Origin: the human T2T-CHM13v2.0 reference genome, Homo sapiens
Assembly (NCBI RefSeq): GCF_009914755.1
Contig: NC_060933.1
Direction: 5' to 3' (one strand)
DNA: 64,000 bases
Both the position numbers and the translations under genes were made by a program. Shown here piece after piece: positions 31,601 through 44,400 of this stretch. Position 1 is the stretch's first letter; each line of letters opens with the position of its first letter. The notes beneath the pieces were generated by a model, which ran no database searches, was not told the origin of the DNA, and was given only the letters and a program-made list of their open reading frames with translations.

Positions 31601-34600
31601 AGCGTTCCAAATGTCCACTTGCAGATTCTACAAAAAGACTGTTTAAAAACGCTCCATCAAAGAAAATTTTCAACTCTTTTTGTTGAGTGCGCACATCACA
31701 AAGATGTTTCTGATAATGATTCTGTCTAGTTTTTATGTGAAGATATTTCCTTTTTCTCCAGAGGCCTAAAAGTGCTCCAAATGTCCACTAGCAGATACTA
31801 CAAACAGAGTGTTTCAATACTGCTCTATTGAAAGGAATGTTCAACTATGTGAGTTGAATGTAAACATCACAAAGATGTTTTTGAGAATACTTCCGTCTAG
31901 TTTTTATGTGAAGATACCCCGGTTTCCAGCGAAGGCGACAAAGCTGTCCAAATATCCACTTGCAATTTCTACAAAAAGAGTGTTTCAAATCTGCTCTATC
32001 AAAAGAAAGTATCAACTCTTTGAGTTGAATACACACATCACAAAGAAGTTTCTGAAAATGCTTCGGTCTAGTTTTTATGTGAAGATATTCCCTTTTCCAA
32101 GGAAAGCCTCGAAGCTGTCCAAATATCCACTTGTAAATGCTGCAAAAAGAGTGTTTCAAAACTGCTACAGCAAAAGAAAGGTTCATCTCTGTGAGTTGAG
32201 TATACACATCGTGAAGAAATTTCTGAGAATGCTTCTGTCTAGTTTTTATGTGAAGATATTTCCTTTGTCACCATAGGCCTCCAAGCGTTCTGAATGTCCA
32301 CTTGCAGATGCTACAAAAAGAGTGTTTCAAAACTGCTCTATGAAAAGGAATGTTCAAATCTGTGAGATAAATGCAAACATCACAAAGAAGTCTTTGAGAA
32401 TGCTTCTGTCCAGTTTTTATGTTAAGATATTTCCTATTTCACCATACGTCTCAATGCACACCAAATGTCCACTTGCAGATGCTACAAAGAGAGTGTTTCA
32501 AAACTTCTAGATCAAAAGAAGTGTTCAACTCTGTGAGTTGAGGACACACATCAGAAAGAAGTTTCTGAGAGTGTTTCTGTCTAGTTTTTATGTGAAGATA
32601 TTCCCGTTTCCAACGAAAGCCTCAAAACTATCCCAATATCCACTTGCACATTCTACAAAAAGAGTGTTTCAAATCTGCTCTATCAAAATAAAGGTTCAAC
32701 TCTGTGAGTTGAATACACACAACACAAAGAAGTTTCTGAGAATGCTTCTGTCTAGTTTTTATGGGAAGATATTTCCTTTTTAAACATAGGCCTCAAAGCG
32801 CTCCAAATGTCCACTTGCAGAATCTACAAAAAGAGTTTTTCAAAACTCCTCTATGAAAAGGAATGTTCAACTCCGTGAGTTTAATGCAAAGATCACAAAG
32901 AAGTTTCTGAGAATGCTTCTGTCTAGCTTTTACCTGAAGATACTTCCGTTTCCAGTGAAGTCTTGAAAGCTGTCCAAATATCCACTTGCAAATTCTACAA
33001 AAAGAGTATTTAAAAGCTGCTCTGTCAGTAGAAAGTTTCACCTCTGTGAGTTGAATGCGCACATCACACAGAAGTTTCTGAGAATGCTTCTGTCTGGTTT
33101 TTAGGTGAAGATATTCCCGTTTCCAACCAAAGCCTCAAAGCTGTCCAAATATCCATTTGCAGATTCTACAAGGAGAGTGTTTCAAAACTGCTCTATAAAA
33201 AGAAAGGTTCTACTCTGTAAGTGGAGTACACACATCACAAAGAAGTTTCTGAGAATGCCTCTGTCTAGTTTTTATGTGAAAATATTTCATTTTCCAAAAT
33301 AGGCTTCAAAGCACTCCAAATGTCCACTTCAGATTTTACAAAAAGAGTGTTTCAAAACTGCTCTATGAAAAGGAATGTTCAACTCTGTGATTTGAAGGCA
33401 AACTTCACAAAGAAGTTTCTGAGAATGCTTCTCTCTAGTTTTTATGTGAAGATATTCCCGTTTCCGACGAAAGCCTCAAAGATATCCAAATATCCACTTG
33501 CAGATTATACAAAAAAGGGTTTCAAACTGCTCTGTCAAAACAAAGATTCAAATCTGTGTGTTGAGTACACACATCACAAAGAAGTTTCTGAGAATGCTTC
33601 TATCTAGTTTTAATGTGAACACATTTCCTTATTCACAGTGGGCCCCAAAACGCTGCAAATGTCCACTTGCAGATTCTACAAAAAGTGTTTTTCAAAACTG
33701 CTCTATGAAAAGGAATGTTCAACTCTGTGAGTTGAACGCAAACATCACAAAGGAGTTTCTGAGAATGATTCTGTCTAGTTTTTATGTGAAGATAAACCCG
33801 TTTCCTGCGAAGACTTCAAAGCTGTCCCAATATCCACTTGCAAATTCTACAAAAAGAGTGTTTCAAGCTGCTCTATCAAAGGAAAGTTCCAACAGCACAC
33901 ATCACAAAGATGTTTCTGAGAATGCTTCTGTCTACAATTTATGTGAAGATATTCCAGCGAATATCTTCAGGATTACCAACGGAAGCCTGAAAGCTGTCCT
34001 AATATCCACTTGTAAATTCTACAAGAAGTGTGTTTCAAGACTGCTCTATCAAAGAAAGTTTTAACTCTGTGAGCTGAGTGCACACTTCACAAAGAAGTTT
34101 CTGAGAATGCTTCTGTCTAGTTTTTATGTGAAAATATTTCCTTTTTCACCATAGGCCTCAAGCGCTCCAAATGTCTACTTGCACATACTACAAAAAGATT
34201 TTTTCAAACTTCTCTATGAAAAGGAATATTCAACCCTGTTAGTTGAATGCAAACATCACAAAGAAGTTTCTGAGAATGCTTTGTCTAGTTTTTATGTGAA
34301 GATACCCCCGTTTCCAGCGAAGGCTTCAAAGCTGTCCAAATATCCACTTGCAAATTCTTTAAAAAGAGTGTTTCAAAGCTGCTTTATCAAAGGAAATTTC
34401 AACTCTGTGAGTTGAATGCACACATCACAAAGAAGTTTCTGAGAATGCTTCTGTCTGGTTTTAATGTGAAGATATTCCCGTTTCCAATGAAAGCCTCAAA
34501 GCTGTCCTAATATCCACCTGTAAATTCTACAAGAATAGTGTTTCAAAACTGCTCTATCAAAGGAAAGGTTTACCTTTCTAAGTTGAGTACACACATTACA

Positions 34601-35490
34601 AAGAAGTTTCTGAGAATGTTTCTGTCTGGTTTTTATGTGGAGATAATCCCGTTTCCAGTGAAGGCCTCAAAGCTGTTCAAATATCCACTTGCAAATTCTA
34701 CAAAAAGAGTGTTTCCAATCTGCTATATCAAAATAGAGTTTCAACACTGTGGGTTGAATGCACACATCACAAAGAAGATTCTGAGAATGCTTCTATTTTT
34801 CACATGAAGACATTCCCGTTTCCAATGAAAGCCTCAAAGCTGTCTAATATCCACTTGCAAATTCTACAAAAATAGTGTTTCAAAACTGCTCTATCAAATG
34901 AGTGGTTCAACTCTGGGAGTTGAATACACTCATCACAAAGAAGTTTCTGAGAATGCTTCTCTCTAGTTTTTATGTGAAGATATTTCCTTTTTCACCATAG
35001 GCCTCAAAGAGCTCCAAATATCCAGTTGCAGATTCTACAAACGGTGTGTTTCAAAACTGCTCTATGAAAAGGCATGTTCAACTCTGTGAGTTGAATGGAA
35101 ACATCACAAAGAAATTTCTGAGAATGCTTCTGTCTAGTTTTTATGTGAAGCTACTCGCGTTTCCAGCGAAGGCTTCAAAGCTGTCCAAATATCCACTTGT
35201 AAATTCTGCAAAAAGAGTGTTTCAAAGCTGCTCTAACAAAGTAAAGATTCAACTCTTTGAGTTGAATGCGCAAATCACAAAGAAGTTTCTGTGAATGCTT
35301 CTGTCTGGCTTTTATGTGAGGATATTCCCGTTTCCAGCGAAAGCCTCAAAGCTGTCCAAATATCCAGCTTGAAAATTCTACAAGAAGAGTGTTTCAAAAC
35401 TGCTCCATCAAAACAAAGTTTAACTCTGTGAGTTGAGTACACATATCAAAAAGAAGTTTCTGAGAATGCTTCTGTCTAGTTTTTATACGA
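13608..35490. repeat. Alpha satellite, irregular A/B diverged monomers (SF5/R1R2-like), domain with tttttcaccatag A boxes
   Basis: Irregular mix of A boxes and B boxes, with many intact CENP-B cores (e.g. 17079, 17762, 18104, 18780, 19293, 19805, 20832, 21173, 21515, 21855, 22875, 23217, 24072, 24414, 27144, 27485, 29023). Confidence 0.88.
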
Positions 35491-38400
35491 AGATATTTCC
35501 TTTTCCACCATAGGCCTCAAAGCGCTCCAAATGTCAACTTGCAGATTCTACAAAAAGAGAGTTTCAAACCTGCTCTATCAAAGAAATATTCAAATATGTG
35601 AGGTGAATGCACACAGCCAAAGGAAGTTTCTGAGAAAACTTCTGTGTCGTGATCATGTGAAGGTACTCCCGTTTCCAATGATGTCCTCAAAGTGGCCCAA
35701 ATAACCACTTGGAGATACTACTAAAAGAGTGTTTCAAAACTGCTCTAGGATAAAGTATGTTCAACTCTGAGAATTGAAGGCAAACATCACAAAGAAGTTT
35801 CTGAGAATGCTGCTGTTTAGTTTTAATGTGAAGATATTTCCTTTTCCACCATAGACATCAAATCGCTCATAATGTCCACTTGCAGATTCTGCAAAAAGAG
35901 TATTAAACCTGCTCTATCAATAGAAGGGTCAACTCTCTGAGTTGAATGCACACATCAAAATGAATTTTCCTAGAATGCTTCTGTCTAGTTTTTATGTGAA
36001 GAAACCCCCGTTTCCAGGGAAGGCTTCAAAGCTGTCCAAATATCCACTTGCAAATTCTACAAAAAGAGTGTTTCAAATCTGCTCCATCAAAAGAAAATTT
36101 CAAATCTGTGAGTTGAATGCACACAGCACAAAGACGTTTTTGAGAAAGCTTCATTGTGTGAAGATACTCCCGTTTCCAACGAAAGCCTCAAAGCCGTCCA
36201 ATTATACACTTGCAGATACTACTAAAAGAGTGTTTCAAAACTGATCTATGATAAAGTATGTTAAACTCTGAGAGTTGAATGCAAACGTCACAAATAAGTT
36301 TATGAGAATGCTTCTGTCTAGTTTTTATGTGAAGATATTTCCTTTTCCTCCATAGGCCACAAAGCGCTCCTAATGTCCACTTGTAGATTCCGCAAAAGAG
36401 TGTTTCAAACCTGCTCTATAAAAAGAAAGGTTCAACTCTGTGAGTTGAATACACACAGCACAAAGAAATTTCTGAGAAAGCATCATTATATAAAGATACT
36501 CCCGTTTCCAATGAAGGCCTCAAAGCCCTCCAATTATCCACTTGCAGATACTACTAAAAGAGTGTTTCAAAACTGCTCTATGATAAAGTATGTTAGACTC
36601 TGAGAGGTGAATGCAAACGTCACAAATAAGTTTATGAGAATGCTTCTGTCTAGTTTTTATGTGAAGATATATCCTTTTCCACCATATGCCAAAAAGAGCT
36701 CCAAATGTCCACTTGCGGATCCTGCAAAAAGAGTGTTTCAACCCTGCTCTATGAAAAGGAAGGTTCAACTCTGTGAGTTGAATGGACACATCACAAAGTA
36801 GTTTCTGAGAATGCTTCTGTCTAGTTTTTATGTGAAGATATTCCCGTTTCCAACGAAGGCCTCAAAGCGGTCCAAATATCCACTTGCAGATTCTACGAAA
36901 ATAGTGTTTCAAAACTACTCTATGAAAAGGGAGGTTCAACTCTGTGAGTTGAATGCAAACATCACAAAGAAGTTTCTGACAATGCTTCTGTCTAGTTTTT
37001 ATTTATAGATATTTCCTTTTCCACCATAGGCCTCCAAGCTCTCCAAATGTCTGCTTGCAGATTCTACAAAAAAAGTGCTTCAAACCTGCTCTATCAAAAG
37101 AAAGGTTCAATTCTGTGAGTGAAATGAACACATCACAAAGAAGTTTCTGAGAATGATTCTGTCTAGTGTTTATGTGAAGATATCCCCTTTTCCAACGAAG
37201 GTCTCAAAGTGGTTCAAATATCCACTTGCAGATTCTACAAAAAGAGTGTTTCAAACCTGCTTTATTAAAGGAAAGCTTCAACTCTGTGAGTTGAACGCAC
37301 ACATCACAAAGAAGTTTCTGAGAATGCTTCTATCTAGTGTTTATTTGAAGATATTCCCGTTTCCAACGAAGGCTTCAAAGCGTTCCAAATATCCACTTGC
37401 AGATTCTGCAAAAAGAGTGCTTCAAAACTGCTCTATGAAGAGGTATGTTCAACCCTGTGATTTTAAAGCAAACATCACAAAGTAGTTCCTGAGAATTCTT
37501 CTGTCTGGTTTTTATATAATGATATTTCCTTTTCCACCATAGGCCTCAAAGCTCGCCATTTGTCCACTTGAAGATTCTACAAAAAGAGGGCTTCAAACCT
37601 GCTCTATGAAAAGAAAGGCTCAACTCTGTTAGTTGAATGCACACATCACAAAGAAGTTCCTGAGAATGCTTCTGTCTAGTGTTTATGTGAAGATAATCCC
37701 CTTGCCAAGGAAGGCCTCAAAGCAGTGCAAATATCCACTTGCAGATTCTACAAAAAGAGTGTTTCAAAAGTACTCTATGATAAGGTATGTCCAACCTTGT
37801 GATTTGAATGCACACATCATAAGAAGTTTCTGAGAATGCCTCTGTCTAGTTTTTAATGGGAAGATATTTCCTTTTCCACCATAGGCCTCAAAGCGCTCCA
37901 AATGTCCACTTGCAGATTCTAGAAAAAGAGTGTTTCAAACCTGCTCTATCAAAAGAAAAGTTCAACTCTGTGAGTTGAATGCACACAGTTCAAAAAAGTT
38001 TTTGAGAAAGCTTCTGTCTAGTGATTATGTGAAGATATTCCCGTTTCCAACAAAGGCCTCAAAGCGGTCCAAATGTTCACTTGCAGATTCTACAAAAAGA
38101 GTGTTTCAAAACTGCTCTATCAAAAGAAAGGTACAACTCTGTGAGTAGAATGCACACATCACAAAGTAGTTTCTGAGAATGCTTCTCTCTAGTTTATATG
38201 TGAGATATTTACTTTTCCACGATAGGCCTCAATGCTCTCCAAATGTCCACTTGCAGATTCTACAAAAAGAGTGTTTCAAACATGCTCTATGAAAAGAAAG
38301 TTTCAACTCTTGGGGTTGAATGCACACATCACAAAGAAGTTTCTAAGAATGCTTCTGCCTGTTTTTGTGTGAACATATTCCCGTTTCCAACTAAGGCCTC

Positions 38401-41400
38401 AAAGCGTTTCAAATATCCACTTGCATATTCTACAAAAAGAGTGTTTCAAAACTGCTCTATGAAAAGGTATCTTCAAATCTGTGAGTTGAATGCAAACATC
38501 GTAAAGAATTTTCTGAGAATTCTTCTCTTTTATTTTTATATGAAGATATAACCTTTTCCACCATAGGCCTCAAAGCTCTCCAAATGTCAACTTGCAGATT
38601 CTACAAAAAGAGTGTTTCAAAGCTGCTCTATGAAAAGAAAGGTTCAACTCTTTGAGTTTAATGCACGCCTGAAAAAGAAGTTTTTGAGAATGCTTCTGTC
38701 TAGTGTTTATGTGAAGACATTCCCGTTTCCAACGAAGGCCTCATAGCGGTCCAAATATCCGCTTGCAGATTCTATAAAAAGAGTGTCTAAAAACTGCTCC
38801 AAGGAAAGGTATCTTCAACTCTGTGAGTTGAATGCAAACATCACAAAGACGTTTCTGAGAACGCTTCTGTCTAGTTTTTGTGTGAAGATATTTCCTTTTC
38901 CACCATAGGACTCAAAGCTCTCCAAATATCCACTTGCAGATACTAAGAAAAGAATGTTTCAAACCTGCTCTATGAAAAGAGAGGTTCAACTCTGTGAGTT
39001 GAATGCACACACCACAAAGAAGTTTCTGAGAACGCTTCTCTCTAGTTTTTATGTGAAGATACTTCCTTTTCCACCATAGGCCTCAAAGCTCTCCAAATGT
39101 GCACTTCAGATTCTACAAAATGAATGTTTCAAACCTGCTCTATCAAAAGAAAGGTTCAACTCTGTGAGTTGAATGCACACATCACAAATAAGTTTATGAG
39201 AATGCTTCCGTCTAGTTTTTATGTGAAGATATATCCTTTTTCACCATAGGCCTCAAAGAGCTCCAAATATCCACTTGCAGATCCTGCAAAAAGAGTGTTT
39301 CAACCCTGCTCTATGAAAAGAAAGGTTCAACTCTGTGAGTTGAATGCATACATCAAAAGTAGTTTCTGAGAATGCTTCTGTCTAGTTTTTATGTGAAGAT
39401 ATTCCTGTTTCCAACGAAGGCCTCAAAGCAGTCCAAATATCCACTTGCAGATTATAAGAGAAGAGTGTTTCAAAATTGCTCTATGAAAAGGGAGGTTTAA
39501 CTCTGTGAGTTGAATGCAAACATCACAGAGAAGTTTCTGAGAATGCTTCTGTCTAGTTTTTATTTATAGATATTTCCTTTTCCACCATAGGCCTCAAAGC
39601 TCTCCAACAGTCAACTTGCAGATTCTACAAAAAAAGTGTTTCAAACCTGCTCTATCAAAAGAAAGGTTCAATTCTGTGAGTGGAATGCACACATCACAAA
39701 GAAGTTTCTGAGAACGATTCTGTCTAGTGTTTATGTGAAGATATCTCCTTTTCCAATGAAGGCCTCAAAGTAGTTCAAATATCCACTTGCAGATTCTACA
39801 AAAAGAGTGTTTCAAACCTGCTCTATCAAAAGAAAGCTTCAACTCTGTGAGTTGAATGCACACATCACAAAGAAGTTTCTGAAATGCTTCTATCTAGTGT
39901 TTATTTGAAGATATTCCCGTTTCCAACGAAGGCTTCAAAGCATTCCAAATATCCACTTGCAGATTCTGCAAAAAGAGTGCTTCAAAACTGCTCTATGAAG
40001 AGGTATGTTCAACCCTGTGATTTGAAAGCAAACATCACAAAGTAGTTCCTGAGAATTATTCTGTCTGGTTTTTATATAATGATATTTCCTTTTCCATCAT
40101 AGGCCTCAAAGCTTGCCATATGTCCACTTGAAGATTCTGCAAAAAGACGGTTTCAAACCTGCTCTATGAAAAGAAAGGTTCAACTCTGTGAGTTGAATGC
40201 ACACATCACAAAGGAGTTGCTGAGAATGCTTCTGTCTAGTGTTTATGTGAAGATAATCCCCTTGCCAAGGAAGGCCTCAAAGCAGTGCAAATATCCACTC
40301 TCAGATTCTACTAAAAGAGTGTTTCAAAAGTGCTCTATGATAAGGTATGTTCAACTCTGTGAATTGAATGCACACATCATAAGAACTTTCTGAGAATGCT
40401 TCTGTCTGGTTTTTATGGGAAGATATTTCCTTTTCCACCATAGGCCTCAAAGCACTCCAAATGTCCACTTGCAGATTCTGGAAAAAGAGTGTTTCAAACC
40501 TGCTCCATCAAAAGAAAGGTACAACTCCGTGAGTTGAATGCACACAGTACAAAAAAGTTTTTGAGAAAGCTTCTATCTAGTGATTATGTGAAGATATTCC
40601 CATTTCCAATGAAGGCCTCAAAGCGGTCCAAATATTCACTTGCAGATTCTACAAAAAGAGTGTTTCAACACTGCTCTATCAAAAGGTATGTTCAACTGTA
40701 TGAGTTGAATGCAAACATCGCAATGTAGTTCCTTAGAATTCTTCTGTCTGGTTTTTATTTAAAGATATTTCCTTTTCCACCATAGGCCTCATAGCTCTAA
40801 AAATGTCCGGTGCCGATTCTACAAAAAGAGTGTTTCAAACATGCTCTATCAAAAGAAAGTTTCAACTCTTTGAGTTGAATGCACACATCACAAAGATGTT
40901 TCTGAGAATGCTTCTGCCCGTTTTTGTGTGAACATAATCCCGTTTCCAACGAAGGCCTCAAAGCGTTCCAAATATCCACTTGCAGAATCTAGGAAAAGAG
41001 TGTTTCAAAACTGTTCTATGAAAAGGTACGTTCAACTCTGAGTTGAATGCAAACATCACAAAGAAGTTTCTGAGAATTCTTCTCTCTAATTTTTATATGA
41101 AGATATAACCTTTTACACCATAGGCCTCAAAGCTCTCCAGATGTCCACTTGCAGATTCTACTAAAAGAGTATTTCAAAGCTACTCTATCAAAAGAAAGGT
41201 TCAACTCTTTGAGTTTAATGCACGCATGACAAAGAAGTTTTTGAGAATGCTTCTGTCTAGTGTTTATGAGAAGATATTTCCATTTCTAACGAAGGCCTCA
41301 TAGCGGTCCAAATATCCACTTGCAGATTCTACAAAAAGAGTGTCTCAAAACTGCTCCATGGAAAGGTATCTTCAACTTTGTGAGTTAAATGCAAACATCA

Positions 41401-44400
41401 CAAAGACGTTTCTGAGAATGCTTCTGTCTAGTTTTTGTGTGAAGATATTTCCTTTTCCACCATAGGCCTCAAAGCTCTCCAAATGTCCATTTGCAGATTC
41501 TACAAAAAGAGTATTTCAAACCTGCTATATCAAAAGAAACCTTCAACTCTTTGTGTTGAATGAACACATCACAAAGTTGTTTCTGAGAATGCTTCTGTCT
41601 AGTTTTTATGAGAAGATAATTCCTTTTCCACCATACGCCTCAAAGCTCTCCAAATGTCCACTTGCAGATTCTACAAAAAGAGTGTTTCAAACCTGCTCTA
41701 TTAAAAGAAAGGTTCAAATCTTTATGTTGAATACACACATCACAAAGAAGTTTCTGAGAATGCATCTGTCTAGTTTTTATGTGAAGATATTCCTGTTTCC
41801 AATGAAGGCCTCAAAGCGGTCCAAATATCCACTTGCAGATTCTACTAAAAGAGTGCTTCAAAACTGCTCTATGACAAAGTATGTTCAACTCGGTGAGTTG
41901 AATGCACGCATGACAAAGAAGTTTTTGAGAATGCTTCTGTCTAGTGTTTATGAGAAGATATTTCCATTTCTAACGAAGGCCTCATAGCGGTCCAAATATC
42001 CACTTGCAGATTCTACAAAAAGAGTGTCTCAAAACTGCTCCATGGAAAGGTATCTTCAACTTTGTGAGTTGAATGCAAACACCACAAAGACGTTTCTGAG
42101 AATGCTTCTGTCTAGTTTTTGTGTGAAGATATTTCCTTTTCCACCATAGGCCTCAAAGCTCTCCAAATGTCCAGTTGCAGATTCTACAAAAAGAGTGTTT
42201 CATACCTGCTCGATGAAATAAGGTTAACTCTGTGAGTTGAATGCACTCAGTACAAAGAAGTTTTTGAGAAAGCATCTGTCTAGTGATTATGTGAAGATAA
42301 TGCCGTTTCCAACGAAGACCTCAAAGCGGTCCAAATATCCGCTTGCAGCTTCTACTACAAGAGTGTTTCAAAACTGCTCTATGATAAAGTATGTTCAACT
42401 CTGTGAGTTGAATGCAAACCTCACAAACTAGTTTCTGAGAATGCTTCTCTCTAGTTTTTATGTGAAGATATTCCCGTTTCCAACGAAGTCCTGAAAGCTA
42501 TCCAAATATCCACTTGCAGCTTCTACATAAAGAGTGTTTCAAAACTGCTCCATGAAAAGTTATGTTCAACTCTGTGTGTTGAATGCAAACATCACAATGT
42601 AGTTTCTGAGAATGCTTCTGTCTACTTTTTATGTGATGATATTTCCTTTTGAACCGTAGGCTTCAAAGCTCTCAAAATGTCGAATTGCAGATCCTACAAA
42701 AAGAGTGTTTCAAACCTGCTCTATCAAAAGAATGGTTAAACTCTGTGAGTTGAAAGCACACATTACAAAGAAGAGTCTGAGAATCCTTCTGTCTACTGTT
42801 TATGTGAAGATATTCCCGTTTCCAACGAAAGCCTCAAAGCGGTCCAAATATCCACTTGCAGATTCTACAAAAAGAGTGTTTCAAAACTGCTCTAGGACAA
42901 GGTATGTTCAACTCTGTGTGTTGAATGCAACCACCCTAAAGAATTTTCTGAGAATACTTCTGTCTAGTTTTTATGTGAAGATATTCCCGTTTCCAATGAA
43001 GGCCTCAAAGCATTCCAAATATCCACTTGCAGATTCTACGAAGAGTGTTCCAAAACTGCTTTATTAAAAGGTATGTTCAACTCTTTGAGTTGAATGCAAA
43101 CATCACAAAGATGTTTCTGAGCATTCTTCTGTCTAGTTTTTATATGATGATATTTCCTTTTCCACGACAAGCCTCAAAGCTCTCCAAATATGCACGTGCA
43201 GATTCTGCTAAAAGAGTGTTTCAAAGCTACTCTATGATAAGGTACGTTGAAATCTGTGAGTTGAAAACAAACATCACAAAGAAGTTTCTGAGAATGCTTC
43301 TATTTTTTATGTGAAGATATTCCCGTTTCCAACGAAGGCCTCAAAGCGGTAAAAATATCCACATGCAGATTCTACTAAAAGAGTGTTTCAAAACTGCTCT
43401 ATCAAAATGTATGTTCGAATCTGTGAGTTGAATGCATGATCACAAAGAATTTTATGAGAATTCTTCTGCCTGCTTTTTATATAAAGATACTTCCTTTTCC
43501 ACCATAGGCCTCAAAGCTCTCCAAAAGTTCACTTCAGATCCTCCAAAAAGATTGTTTCAAACCTGCTCTATCAAAAGAAAGGTTCAACTCTGTGAATTGA
43601 ATACACACATCACAGAGAAGTTTCTGGGAATGCTTCTGTCTAGTGTTTATGTAAAGACATTCCCGTTTTCAACGAAGGCCTCAAAGCTGTCCTAATATCC
43701 ATTTGCAGTTTCTTCAAAAAGATTGGTTCAAAACTGCTCTATCAAAGAAAGTTCAACTCTGTGAGTTGAATACAAATATCACAAAGAAGTTTCTGAGAAT
43801 GCTTCTGTGTAGTTTTTACGTGAAGATATTTCCTTTTCCACCATAGGCCTCAAAACTCTCCAAATGTCCACTTGCAGACTCCACAAAAAGAGTGTTTCAA
43901 ACCTGCTCTTTCAAAATAAAGGTTCAACTCCCTTACTTGAATGTCACAGCACAAAAAAGTTTCTGAGAAAGCTTCTGTCTAGTGATTATGTGAAGATACT
44001 CCCGTTTCCAACGAAGGCCGCAAAGCATTCCATCTATCCACTTGCAGATTTTACAAAAAGAGTGTTTCAAAACTGCTCTATCAAAAGAAATGTTCAACTC
44101 TCTGAGGTGAATGCACACATCACGAAGAAGTTTCTGAGAATGCTTCTGTGTAGTTTTTATGTGAAGATATTTCCTTTTCCACCATAGGCCTCAAAGTGCT
44201 CCAAATGCCCACGTGCAGATTCTAAAAAAAGAGTGTTTCAAATCTGTTCTATCAAAAGCAAGGTCCAAATCTGTGAGTTTAATGCACACATCACAAAGAA
44301 GTTTGTGAGAATGCTTCTGTCTAGTTTTTATGTGAAGTTATTCCCGGTTTCCAACGAAGACCTCACAGAGTTCCAAATATCAACTTGCACATTCTACAAA

